A DNA stretch of 64,000 bases from Paraspadella gotoi (GCA_051294375.1 CM119267.1:14687694-14751693), one strand, 5' to 3'; counted from the first letter of the stretch, positions 1 through 11,900 are shown. The notes: generated from the letters alone by a model not told the origin. Translations and numbers: made by a program.

Positions 1-210
1 CATAGTATTTTGCTCTTGTAAAGTTGCTTTAACATGCTATTAGGATTACAGAACTACACAAGCATCTCAGAGGAAAATCGGGAATTAACATGATTGTTAT
101 CAAAGAAATAAATAATAAAATAAGCAAATAGCATATTTAATACAGATTTACATTTCCAAAGGATAGAAAAACCTTAAATTTTTTCAGAATATGCCAGATT
201 GTATGCTATA

Positions 211-921
211 CAGAAGGCTTCATATTATAAAATGTGGTACCCCTTTTTTGTGACCAGAACTCGTTCCGAGAAAACTACTGGACCAAATTTATTGAAATTT
301 GGAATGAACGATCCCTATGTGAATACTGATAAAACTATCAATGGGAATTTCAATATTTGACCGCTTAGCCGAGAAATGGGGGCCCCCCGGGGGGTCACCC
401 ATGGGGGCAAACAATTTTTTTTATAATTTTTGTTTTGAACAGTTGCACAGACATTTACTCTTCCACAAAAACATATTTATTACCTCAAAAATATTCATTT
501 ACCTTAATTTTTAGCTTTATGAACATCAGCAGTAAAAGTCAGATTTGGAATAATTTGGGAAAATTGGAAGTAAAAGGATGAACCATGCATCTTCAACCAT
601 GCTTAATTATTGCAAATTTATCAATTTTAGTTCTAAAATGTCTTTTTCTTATGTTTAAAACGTCAATGCACCTGATGCCATTAAAAACTTTGAAAAATGA
701 AAAAAAAAAATTTAGCCCTTTTTGGCCCCCCAGGGGTCCACCCCCAGGGCCCTGTATCTCTTGTCAGGGGTTGAATATCAAAATTAGCCTCGATAGTTCC
801 ATTTATATAGTCAGCACTCTTAAATAATGTAAAATTTTATTAAATTCGATAGGGTAGTTTGGTGGGAACAGATTCTGGTCACAAAAAAGGGGTACCACAT
901 TTTATAATATGAAGCCTTCTG
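211..921. mobile_element. MITE family C (Tc1/mariner-type, about 48-bp TIRs, TA target duplication)
   Basis: TA|CAGAAGGCTTCATATTATAAAATGTGGTACCCCTTTTTTGTGACCAGAA at 211 is the reverse complement of TTCTGGTCACAAAAAAGGGGTACCACATTTTATAATATGAAGCCTTCTG|TA ending at 921. No coding capacity. A second copy lies at 10806-11900. Confidence 0.85.
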
Positions 922-1321
922 TATGCCTGATCATTTTTTTACTGGCTCAACGGTCTGAAATTATACCAGATCTATGAGATTACTATACTTTTAAGATTTT
1001 TTTTTTTTGTTAATTGAATCGTTATTTTATTTTGAAACAAAATATTTTTTTAAAAATTACTTCAGAATCTACTCATGAAAGTAAATAAGTCCAGTTAGGT
1101 CAAAAAAAGGTTAGTTAAGGCAAACAAAGGCTAGTTTTAGCAAGAAAAGGCACGTTAGGGCGATGAAAGGAATGTTAAGGTATGTTGAAAGGTAAGTTAA
1201 GTCAAAGACAAGAAAATGGCAGAAAGATATTGGACATAGTGTTTTAGTTTAGTTTTAGTTTCAACCATAGCCCTTTCTTTTTGCGTTGTGTGAGGAATTA
1301 GGAAATGGCGACAATTTTTGA

Positions 1322-1462
1322 GTTTCAACAACGAATTTACTTTGATAATAAAACGGACATGTTTCGGTTTGACTTCAAGCCTTCATCGGCGTTTAAGTTT
1401 ACTGTTAAACCAAGCCAAAACTTGTCCGTTTTGTTGTCAAAATAAATTCGTTGTTAAAATTT
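1322..1462 (-). ncRNA. Degenerate fold-back carrying a mutated minimal hammerhead ribozyme (1352-1392, - strand)
   Basis: The minus strand reads aacg CCGAUGA A GGCUU gaaguc AAACC GAAA CAUG UC cguu. The core has C instead of U at position 4. Arms 1322-1372 and about 1411-1462 are imperfect inverted repeats. Confidence 0.65.
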
Positions 1463-1578
1463 AAATATTTTTTCTATTTCCTAGGTAAAAAAAAATATTT
1501 CGGATTTCTGTTCTCTTTTATATTTATAGATATTATTTTTTTTCTCTGCTGATTATTTTGTTTCAAATACCACGCCAG

Positions 1579-3867
1579 CTTTACCTCTCGCAACACGAGT
1601 TTGACCAACGACTGCTCTGGCGGCGCTCCGATTTCCAGCGATGTTCTCAGCACCTCTACTCTTAGGCGAAAGCTCTTTACACATTTGGAGGAGGAAGAGG
1701 AAAAGCGTCTTGGAGAAACTGCCACTTCTGGCGGCGAAAAAGAGGGAGCAAAAATTAGTCAAGTCCGACGGTCACGTTCAGGGTCAAATTTGAAAGTCGG
1801 GGTTAGTCCAGTTGAGCCCAATTTGATACTATAGATAAATACTGTAGCTTCTCTTTGTTGTCAAGGCGCTCTTTCACGACCCGGCCGTCTCCGGTCAGAC
1901 ACCTCCAAAGGCGATATCAATCGAGGGTGACGAGGCGACCACGCCCTCCTGTCTTCAGTATGTCGCTACGAGCCCGATTCGTGAGTCTGCCAAGACTCGC
2001 CCGCGTTGCGGCTCACCTCGACAGCGAATTTCATCCAGAGGTGAATCGGATTCTTATTGATTTTTTTGAAATTATTAAAATATATTTATGAATACAGAAA
2101 ATTATATTTATAAAATAAGTTTTCAATGATCTCCTCCTTACCGTTTTTCAAGTAGGGAAATATTTGGAAACTAATTTTTATTTATTTTATTTTGGCATAA
2201 TTTTACTTTCGCCGACCAGGGTTAGGGGTAAAAGATACCAAAACCCCGGTCGGCGAAAGTAAGATTTTACCTTTATTTTTTTAAGGCTGCAATTCATTCC
2301 AAGACTTAAGCATTCCCTTGTCTCCAAACATGAGTTCGATCGCGATGGACGTCGGCTCGTCGAAGAAAGATCATCAGTCAAAACGCGCGGGGTGAGAAAA
2401 AAATCTGAGGGTTTGTAACTTTTTGCCGATCACACAATCCTAACTTTTCCTTTTTTTCAGAGAATTTTCGCCCCTCCGATCTTTGCCTCGACCGGCGATT
2501 CATTCGTCTTCTTCACCCGTACCTCGCCCTCCTCGTTCACCACTCTCTCGTCCGCCAATTCCATTCGAGCTCGTCACTCCTCCGTCCGTACGTCGATTTT
2601 CCATCTCAACCGGACGCGAGGTCGACGCTTTGGCCTCTCCGGATGTTTCTCCGATCAAAGGGATCGAGAGAGGCTGTCCTGGGTAAGGATAAAGCCATTA
2701 AAACCTACTAATCAATATTGTCGCCTCCGCCGTCGCTTTTATATTTTTCTCGTCCGATTGAGAAGAAACCAGAGCCACCCAGACGATAACGATCACCACG
2801 AAGACGACGATCCGACGCCACGCAGTTTTGGTCGCTTTCTCGAGCTGGGAGAAGGGGAAAGAACAGAGTTGGCCTCTGGAATGGAGGTCGACACTCCCAT
2901 GAAGTTTAAAAAATCAGCGCTGGACCTTTCAAGTAGGATTGTCAAAGTTGGTATCATATTCTTAGATTTAATCTAGTTTATTTTCTCCTCAGGATCCAGA
3001 TCGTCCAATCTCGACTTCTCCCGATTCGCCGACCAGACGAGCAATCCGGACTCCATGATGGAAACCTCCAACTCGGATTTTTTCGCCGTCAAGCCCCTTC
3101 TCCCTCCGTCCAATGGAATCAAACCTACAAGGATCGAGAGTAGCGAAGTTACAGCAACGTTAGAAGCGACTTCGGCCGGGGTTAATTCGTTTCCTTCTCA
3201 ACCAATTAACGTTAGTAAAACGCTTTTTATTAACTCTGAATCTAACGTAATTTATCACGATTTTCGATCATTTTCAAATTATCTAGAGCGTCGTTCCACC
3301 TTCGTTTTCGACTTCCTCGAGCACTTTCGATTCAGATTGGAGTTCTCTCAACGCGCGTCCCCTGAAATGGGGCGAGCCATTGTACCTTTCAACGCCTCTT
3401 ACTACAGAAATATTGAATTCCACCGGTTAGTTTTACGATGTATGACGATGTACGATGTATGTATCATCTTACATTTTCTGTCATCGGAATCATAGTAATG
3501 AAATCATCTTCCTGCAGGCATCCCTACCCAAGGGGCTTTTTTTGATTCGGATAATTTTCTTAAAAACTCGACGCTGTCACTGGTCAGCAACGACTCGGAG
3601 CTCGACGTGGAAAGAAAACCTCTTCAGTTGATGCACCTCAAACTCGGAACAAAGGTGCTGCATTTCTCGAGAGAGAACGGTGAAAATTTTTCCGGGACAC
3701 ATCCAACTGCCGCGGAAGTTTCCAATTCGTCCAACACCACGACTCCTTCTGCCGGCAATCTTTCCAATATTCGCTCCGATGACGCCCCGACCTCATCTCA
3801 CCAACTGTCTTGGGTGGCACCGCTCGTGGCGTCCACTCCGACCCGCCGGCAGCTTGATGCTGATTGA
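1579..3867 (+). CDS. 5'-incomplete Ser/Pro-rich, probably disordered protein, possibly Bora (aurora borealis)-like
   Basis: Phase-compatible exons 1579-1795, 1866-2040, 2286-2391, 2461-2682, ~2766-2932, 2993-3210, 3287-3425 and 3518-3867 give one open frame. The motifs STLRRKLF, SSSP and SPDVSPIK recall Bora (SSLRRKLF). The identity is tentative and no start exon was found in the window. Confidence 0.55.
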
Positions 3868-4061
3868 TGCTCTATTTATCGAGTTTATTTTTTATGTTTT
3901 TTTTATAGACTTGAAGAAATTTGATTCTCTCAAACGAGAAAGATGTAATTTAATCGTGATTGCAGTTTGTATATGTATATTCTGTTAGCTGAAATTGGGT
4001 ATACGAGTGTTATGTTTTTTGGTGCCTTTTTAATTTTAGCATTCCGTCTCGCTCAGCGAAA

Positions 4062-6785
4062 ATGACTGGACGCAACAAGATTTTACAGATTTTCTTCGTC
4101 TTCTTTTTCCTGATCTTTTGCATTGACCTCACTTGTTCGGCCCGACAGAATTCCGTTTTAGAGGAGGAGGCTGTGCGAAGTCGTTGTAGGTAAGTTATTC
4201 GATTGTTTGTTTCAGTCAACACTGTCATGTTATGTAAATGTATCTGACAACTCATGCTTGGCCTAACCTATAGTTTTTTTTTTCTTAAGCGGATGCCAAA
4301 CTTTCGTGGAGAATTTTCGTCGTGGCTTAGACAAGACCGCCAAGTCGGACTACGCTCAGGAAAAGTCCGATTGGGAACCCCGGTTCAAAAATGAAAAACT
4401 GGGGAGTTACGCCGTTTCTGAGACCAGGCTCGTCGAAATACTCGAAGGTAATGATGTTAGATTTTTCATTAGGTATTATGAATATCACTGTACTATTGCA
4501 ACGGGGAGACGTGTGTGATGCCCGGCGTGTGCGGCATCTCTCGACAGCTGGCGCTCAGTGCTTTGGACCTGCAGTGACCACCCCATGTCTCCGGCCTGTA
4601 ACCAGCCTGACCGTGAGGGGGATTGAACCCGGAACAAATTTAGGATTCGCCACACATGCTCCCCCAAGACAGCACTCTGGGGTGACCAAGCCCAGAGTGT
4701 CTGTCTTGAGAGTAGACACTCATTGCAACAGAGCAAGCGAGAAGTAGGGCATTAGTGTGGGATGCATACCCTTAAGCGACGGCGTGAGCGATGGTACAAG
4801 GCGATGCAAGTTCGATAGTAAGACAACACTTATGGCAATGTGGAGGGGTGTGAGGCATCTCCCGTCAGCTGGCGCTTCGGGCTTTGGACCTGCAGCGACC
4901 ACCCCTTGTCACTGGCGTGTTTATACACTTTAACCAGCGTGACCGAGAGGGGATTGAACCCGGAACTCACGATTTGTGAACGAGTATTTTGCTGTCCAAG
5001 CCAATGGGACTAGCTGAGTTTCACCAAGCCATACTGGAGTCGAATTTAGGATTCGCCACAGTACTATATTTTCTTGTATCAGTTTTAAATTCTCCCTATA
5101 GGTATCTGTGGTAAAGATTACTACTGCAATTGGGTGGCCTCAGAATTCGAAGATGACATTGAAACGTGGTATTTTCATAAGCAAAAAATCCACCCGGACT
5201 TTTCTCATTACCTATGCATTGACAAAGCTAAGTTATGCTGCCCTGAGGATCATTACGGTCTCCATTGCAAATCGTGTGCCGCTCTTAAATGCAGTCCTCA
5301 CGGAAAATGTCAGGTACAAGGTTCTTATTTTTAAATAGGATTAGTTAAAATACTTTCAAAAGGCTGCAAATGGAAATGTAGCGGAAAAAGGCTGTTCGTA
5401 AATTCCACTGCCCTCTACTCTTATTGCTATTGCACTAACAGGTTCAGTGTTCAGCGTTCACTGTTCAATTAAAAAACCAATTACAAATTTCTCGGTTAGG
5501 GAGGAGGAACGCGAACCGGTTCTGGTAAATGTGAATGTGAGACCGGATACGCCGGTGGCCGATGTCACAAGTGTGCCGATAACTATTACGGGACAAATGA
5601 TTCTACCTGCGACGCTTGCGACTCGGCCTGCATCGGTTGCACGGGACCAGGCTCTGACCAATGTGTTGACTGCGCCAAGGTTCACCGACTTCCGTTTCCG
5701 TCTCTTTTCGCGAGCTAATGCAATGGAATAAATGTCCTTTCAATTTCCCCAGGGCCACATTCGCACCATTATTAGCGGAAACACTTGCATCAATGTCCAC
5801 AAAGACCTTCCTTCGCCCACAAGACTACAAATCTACTTGATTGGCATTCACGTCGTTTGCCTTTTCCTACTTACCTATGCGTCTTACATCTATAAAGGTA
5901 GTCGGCGCTGGTGGAATGGTTGAGTATATGTAAAAATTTTTAGCTGTATCTGCTTACAGCAGATTTCGGCTCTATAATTCACTTTGTCGGTTCGTCCAAC
6001 TTCGTCGGTCCACCCCCCCAATCTTGTCGGGCATTCACTTATATTATGTCAAAACATCAAATTATAATAAATTATGCATTTAGGAAAAACAGTTTTTAAT
6101 TGTGGCAACGAATTTTTTTTTTGACAAGTCGGACATGTTTCGACTCTTACAAAGTTAGTCTTCATCAGCAAGACTCTAACTTTGTAAGAGTCGAAACATG
6201 TCCGACTTGTCATAAAAAATTTGTTGCCACAATTAAAAACTGTTTTTCCTAAATCCTAAAACAACGAAATCGAAAATCTATACATAATGATAAATTATGC
6301 AAAAAAAATTATATCCGTCTGTCCGTCCGTCCGTCCGTCCGTCCCACCTTAGCAAAAAAAACCAATTACTCGTGATTTGATGGATGGATTGGAATGAAAT
6401 TTTGTGTGTGGGTAGGAAAATGTGTAATTAATTAATTGTAATTATTAATTAATTAATTTTGTGATCGAGATTGTTGTTTTGTGATTGAGAGGCGATGTGG
6501 AAAACGATTTTGACACAAATTAAATAATTAATTATTTATTAATTAATCATCTGATCAGATGCTTACCGCTAAAGATCTTGGGCAGATCCGGCATTGTTTG
6601 CTCAAACTTGTTAAGAAATAATCGGTTAATTCGCAGGAGGAGCATTTTGCCGATTTGTGTTTGTCGTCCTCCTCGCCCTTATGGTCGGCTATCACAAGAT
6701 ATATTATTCCAAGTCCTTGGGCGTCGACGGTGACTTTAGTCAATTTGAAGATCCGGTCGTCAATTTCGGAGAGCCTGGAACATAA
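4062..6785 (+). CDS. CRELD1: Cysteine-rich with EGF-like domains protein (CRELD1-like, two C-terminal TM segments)
   Basis: Exons 4062-4189, 4290-4447, 5102-5313, 5500-5679, 5753-5918, 6637-6785. Signal peptide, CxxC (CSGC), WE...YAVSETRLVEILEGIC, LCIDKAKLCCP, GGGTRTGSGKCECETGY, furin-like Cys repeat, two hydrophobic segments. Confidence 0.85.
4497..5060 (-). mobile_element. TRIM-like or SINE-dimer element with two direct repeats containing tRNA-type Pol III boxes, in CRELD intron 2
   Basis: Direct repeats at 4497-4654 and 4833-5060. On the minus strand each starts TGTGGCG and ends in CA. B-box GGTTCAATCC at 4620-4629 and 4951-4960, A-box-like TAGTCCCATTGG at 5001-5012. Flanked by GTACTAT at 4490-4496 and 5061-5067. 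Confidence 0.65.
5940..6612 (+). mobile_element. DINE-1/HINE-like (Helentron-type non-autonomous) element, family B, copy 1, in the last CRELD intron
   Basis: Homologous to 11065-11692 and 30675-31345. Subterminal inverted motif (GATCTG/CAGATCCG), (GTCC)n microsatellite at about 6316-6343, short 3' stem-loop, T-rich flanks. Confidence 0.7.
6078..6254 (-). ncRNA. Palindromic insertion with a minimal type I hammerhead ribozyme core (about 6128-6171, - strand)
   Basis: The minus strand reads CUGAUGA A GACU aacuuuguaag AGUC GAAA CAUG UC. The mirror arm lacks CUGAUGA. The insertion is flanked by an about 15-bp duplication (6064-6078 and 6287-6301). Confidence 0.75.
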
Positions 6786-7201
6786 ACCCAATTCTGAATC
6801 TGAACGTCCATTAATGAAATTTTTTCACACACATTTGGTTGGGCGTCATACAGTCCTATGCAAAAAAAAAACGCGCCACTCTATAAAAACATTTTGAAAA
6901 ATTATATAAAAAAAAGAATCAGTGTTTAAATTTTATTACAATCGGTCAAGTGGTTTAGGAGGTATGATTTTTTAACTAAAAATATTATAAAATGTAAAAG
7001 GCTGTCATTATGGTTGTGAAAAAGTTTTTGACATTCAGATTGCTCAGATACATGCTCCAATGTCTATATCTGTAAGATGAACCAAAATTTTAAAAATTGT
7101 TATTTTTTTCATATTGGTAATAACCTTTCCTTTCGTTGTTTTGTGTATTGAGGCAAAATAGTTTTTGTTTTACAACGAATTTTTTTATTTTTCATAGAAA
7201 A

Positions 7202-7244
7202 AACGGACATGTTTCGGCTTTAGTTGCAAGCCTTCTTCAGCGTC
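7202..7244 (-). ncRNA. Minimal type I hammerhead ribozyme
   Basis: Exact reverse complement of the motif at 8305-8347. Confidence 0.8.
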
Positions 7245-8225
7245 AAACAATTTGTGAATTTTGGACAGTTTTTTGTGTGAAAGAAGGGAGAGAGGGAGGG
7301 AGAGAGAGAGACAGGGCAAAGTTTCCAACAGAGTTGAGAAAAGAATTGTGGTCAAGTGGTGAGGACAGGTTAAGAATGAGGACAAATAGAGATTTTAGTT
7401 GTGAATAGGAAATGAAATGGTCAGAGTGAGAGAGATTGAGAGAGAGAGAGAGAGAGGGAGACAGGGAGAGAGAAAATAATACATTTCAAATGTACAACAA
7501 ATAAAGTTTTAAACTAAATAAACAGTTATTAACAATTAAATAAATAAATAAGTTTGAGTGGAGGTGAAAATGAAATGTGAAAGTGAGAAAATACATTTAG
7601 TGTTAATAAAGTTAGAAATTAAGAGTTAAGATAGAGCTCAAAGTGAGCTGGCCCCCCTTGGTTTGGACAAATGAGAGGCTCGGGCGATGGGGCTGGGTCA
7701 TTGGCGTGTCATTGGTTGAGAGGACAATTGAACCGAACATGTTATTGTCGGGCTAGGGAGGCTTCCTTGCGGAAAGATTCCAAGCGCTACTCGAATGTCT
7801 CTTTGGCCTGATACGCCTGCCAGCTGCCCTCTTCTCGCCTGCTGACGAAGTGGGTGGTTGTCAGTTCTTGCCGCTTTTGCGACAGGAGTGCTGGACTCCT
7901 CCCCCTCCTCCTGGAGCCGTCGTTTTTTCTAACTTTATTAACACTAAATGTATTTTCTCACTTTCACATTTCATTTTCACCTCCACTCAAACTTATTTAT
8001 TTATTTAATTGTTAATAACTGTTTATTTAGTTTAAAACTTTATTTGTTGTACATTTGAAATGTTATTTTCTCTCTCCCTGTCTCCCTCTTTCTCTCTCTC
8101 TCAATCTCTCTCACTCTGACCATTTCATTTCCTATTCACAACTAAAATCTCTATTTGTCCTCATTCTTAACCTGTCCTCACCACTTGACCACTATTCTTT
8201 TCTCAACTCTGTGTTGGAAACTTTG

Positions 8226-8264
<39 letters not shown>

Positions 8265-8304
8265 TCTTTCACACAAAAAACTGTCCAAAATTCACAAATT
8301 GTTT

Positions 8305-8347
8305 GACGCTGAAGAAGGCTTGCAACTAAAGCCGAAACATGTCCGTT
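8305..8347 (+). ncRNA. Minimal type I hammerhead ribozyme
   Basis: GACG-CUGAAGA-A-GGCUU-gcaacua-AAGCC-GAAA-CAUG-UC-CGUU. Intact core, 5-bp stem II, palindromic CAUG in place of stem III, stem I GACG/CGUU. Predicted cleavage after the GUC at 8343. Confidence 0.8.
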
Positions 8348-9135
8348 TTTTCTATGAAAAATAAAAAAATTTGTTGTAAAACAAAAACCATTTTGCCTCA
8401 TTATTTTTTTTCATAAAAATATTTTTTATAACAGGAAGGTCATATTCAAATACAAAAAAAATACTTTTTTGAAATTCGACCATGCTATTTATGAGCACAT
8501 AATTAAGAAAGTAAGCAAGCTGGACTACTGGGAGTTAGAAAATAAAAAGCATGAGCGATTTTTTTATCAGGGTGCAAAATCTGAAATCGCTATATCAGAT
8601 AATTTAGCTACAGTATTTAATAATTTTATTTCACTCCCATTTGAAATCCGTCTTAAATCTTCAGAATCATGGACCTGTTTTTCATCGTATATTTTAATAA
8701 CCTTAAGATTATTATTATTATTACTATTATTTTTTTTCATTTTTAATCTACTTTGAATATTGCAAAATATCAGAAGAAAAAAGATTAGTCTTAAATCTAT
8801 CAGATTTTTTCAGCTCAGCAGAATACTTGCTCCTAAACGGATGGCCTAATTTTTATAAAATTTGTGCCAAACTTATCAATAAACTTTAAATCATTTTTAA
8901 GTTTTTTTTTTTTTAAATCCAAATTCATAGGGTGATTTTTAAAATCTGAAATTAAGTGGCGCTTTTTTTTTTGCACAGGAATGTATAGTATTATGTTAGT
9001 CTTTATTAATTCTTTCAAATTCTTTTACGCTTACTTGTTTGTTTTTGATCTCATGATGTTGGAGTTAAAAGTTAAAATATCCAACAATTTTTCGTTTCTA
9101 ATTTGGTTTTTAGATTGATATTCTGAACCATAAAC

Positions 9136-10446
9136 ATGGCCAAAATCGGGGCTAATTTGCTAAGGACTATCCCAAGGTGGACGAGTTCACTCCATCTCTC
9201 GTCGGCCTTTTTAGGACCCCCCCAGACCACCACCCTTGTCCCTTCTTGCCAGTTCTGCGCGGCGCCGGCCCCGGCTTTTAGCTCCGCAGCGGTGCCGGCT
9301 TACGAGTATATCCAGGTGGAACGGAAGGGTCAAGATAACAAAGTTTTCGTGATCTCCCTGAACCGACCCAAGGCGCTCAACGCACTGTGCAACGGATTAA
9401 TGACCGAATTGGCCAAGGCCCTGGACGAGGCCGATGAGGATCCCAACGTCGCCTGCTGCATTTTGACTGGTGAGAAATGTCCTTTTGTCTATTTTGTATT
9501 TTCGTAACTTTGGACGCGCTCAGGCTCTTGTGCTCGTTACCGTGTCACCTAAAGTCAATTCACTTTTAAAAAAATACAATCGATGATATTCTAGGAAACG
9601 GACGGGCTTTTGCGGCTGGTGCCGACATTAAGGAGATGCAGCCTCGCGATTTTTCTGGCGTATTCCGGGGAAACTTCCTTTCCCACTGGAACCGGCTTAC
9701 GACTCTAACTAAACCAATCATCGCTGCCGTTAATGGGTTTGCCCTGGGCGGTGGCTGCGAAATCGCCATGATGTGCGACATTATCTACGCCAGCGAAAAG
9801 GCGCAGTTCGGACAACCGGAGATTTTGCTCGGAACCATTCCGGGCGCTGGTGAGAATTAACTTAAGCTGATCGAAAATAGACTTTAGAGCGGTAACTATA
9901 CGTGCTTCATCAGGTGGAACTCAACGTCTTACGCGGGCAGTTGGGAAATCGTTGACCATGGAAATGGTGTTGACGGGTGAAAGAATTTCTGCTCAACAGG
10001 TCAAATTTTTAAAGCCAATAGATAATATTTTAAATTAGTATGTATAACCTTCTAAAATCCGAGGATTATCATTTAATAATTATTGATTAATGGTGTTACC
10101 CTCAGGCCTTGGATTTTGGTCTCGTGTCTAAAGTTACACCTCCGGACTCGCTGATGGATGAGGCTTTGAAAACTGCGGACAAAATTTCTGAAAATTCTAA
10201 GCTCATCAATCAGGTTGTAACGATAAATCCCTTTTTGCAGAATTTCCTGTTATGGGAAGTTTGTTAATATTATCACATCTGCATTAGATGGCCAAGGAAG
10301 CTGTGAACTCTTCCTACGAACTCACATTGGCCGAAGGAATTCGATTCGAAAAGCGAATCTTTCACGCCACATTCGCCACCAACGATCGAAAGGAGGGAAT
10401 GACGGCTTTCACGGAAAAACGCAAAGCCAATTTTACTGACAATTAA
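9136..10446 (+). CDS. ECHS1: Mitochondrial short-chain enoyl-CoA hydratase (crotonase)
   Basis: Exons 9136-9469, 9595-9849, 9914-9999, 10106-10213, 10288-10446. Motifs [64 protein letters not shown]. Confidence 0.95.
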
Positions 10447-10805
10447 TTTGACATCCATTTCCACTGTCACTAGACTGTCATTGTGATAATGAATTAAACA
10501 TCAAATATTGAGTCAACCATTTATTTCAATCTTTCTTAGTTTTATTATTTTAGCTATGTAATAAGCAAATGATTTGTCTAAAACGATATCTTACTGCGAA
10601 GTTAGATTGTTATGACAGAAACTAATTTGAAAAATTGGAAATTATTACTTTTGGCCAAAGAAAATAAGTTTATTCAAAGTTGTCAGTTCTGATTGTGTTT
10701 TATTATGCGGTATCGCGGTTTTATTACAGAATTTTCATAATACTCGGACTATGATAGGAACATGGACCTTTAGGAGAAAACCATTTAAAATCTTTATCGT
10801 CTAAG

Positions 10806-11900
10806 GAAGGCTTCATATTTTAAAATGAGGTACCCTTTTTTGTGAATAGAATCTGTTCCCACCAAACTACCCGAACAAATTTTAGGAAATTTTACATAAA
10901 TAGAGCATTAATAATGATATAAATGAAACTATCGAGGCTAAACTATTAAGTTTACCTTAATTTTCAGCTTCATGAACACAATTAATTATTGAAAATTTAT
11001 AAATTTTGGTTCTAAAATGTTTTTTTTCATATGTTTAAAACGGTAATGAACCTGATGATACTAAAACAAGTGTGAGCAAACAATATCGGATCTGGCCACG
11101 ATCATTATCATTAATTAATAATTAATTAAATATTAAAAGTTAATTATTTAATTAATTAGGCAATTAATTAATTTGATCCGAGTTGTTTGTTTTGATTGAT
11201 TAATTGACTGATTGATTAATTAATTAATTGACTAATTGATTAATTAACTGATTAATTAATACATCTTGCATTTACATTTAAAAAAAAAAAGAAGTATAAT
11301 CAATTAGTGAAACAGGTTCGTTTTTTCCATTTAAACTCATTTCCATTCACTCATAGTAAAATATATTTTTTGTTTTTTTTTATTTAAACTCATTTCCACT
11401 CGGACGATTCTATCTATCGAAACTTCATATCCAGCTCAATCACACACTTCCCTACCCAAATACAAAATTTCATTCCAATCCATCCATCCAATCACGAGTA
11501 ATTGGTGTTTTTTGTTAAGGTGGGACGGACGGACTGACATCGTTGTTTTTTGTTTTTTTTTTGCATAATTTATCATAATTCGATGTTCTGACATGATATA
11601 AGTGAATGCCCGACAAGATTGAGAGGGCGGACCGACAGACTGACAAAGTGAATTATAGAGTCGGGATTTGCTGAAAGCAGATCCGACAAAAAATTTTAAA
11701 AAGGAAAAAACAAATTTTAGCTTTTTTTTGCCTCCTCCACAGATCCACCCCCAGGGCCCTGTATCTCTTTTCAGGGGTTGAATATCAAAATTCGTCTCGT
11801 TCTATTTGTATTCACATAGGGATCGTTCATACCAAATTTCAATTTGTATCAATAGGGTTTTCGGAACGTGTTCTGGTCACAAAAAATTTGAAGCCTTCTG
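10806..11900. mobile_element. MITE family C, copy 2 (opposite orientation, interrupted by a family B element)
   Basis: Shares TIRs (GAAGGCTTCATATT...GAAGCCTTCTG|TA) and internal blocks with 211-921. Confidence 0.75.
11065..11692 (-). mobile_element. DINE-1/HINE-like family B, copy 2, nested in MITE C
   Basis: AACAAGTGTGAGCAAACAATATCGGATCTG...GGACGGACGGAC...CAGATCCGACAAAAA. Reverse-complement homolog of 5940-6612. Confidence 0.75.

Larger units (their letters stand above)
7149..8400. mobile_element. Large inverted repeat (arms about 470 bp, spacer about 307 bp), resembling inverted Penelope-like pLTRs
   Basis: 7149-7618 is a near-perfect reverse complement of 7926-8400, differing mostly in GA-repeat length. 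Each arm carries a hammerhead motif. Confidence 0.85.
6851..8983. mobile_element. Tc1/mariner-type non-autonomous element, family D, hosting a nested fold-back
   Basis: TA|CAGTCCTATGCAAAAAAAAAACGCGCCACT at 6851 versus AGTGGCGCTTTTTTTTTTGCACAGGAATG|TA ending at 8983. Related termini occur at 33970-34459. Confidence 0.65.

Noticed and set aside
4940-5030. tRNA gene
   Set aside because: Only A/B-box-like motifs are present. I could not fold a full cloverleaf, and the sequence is part of a duplicated element.
7620-7925. Spacer of the fold-back as a reverse transcriptase or endonuclease fragment
   Set aside because: The minus-strand frames I translated contain stops and show no RT or GIY-YIG motif.
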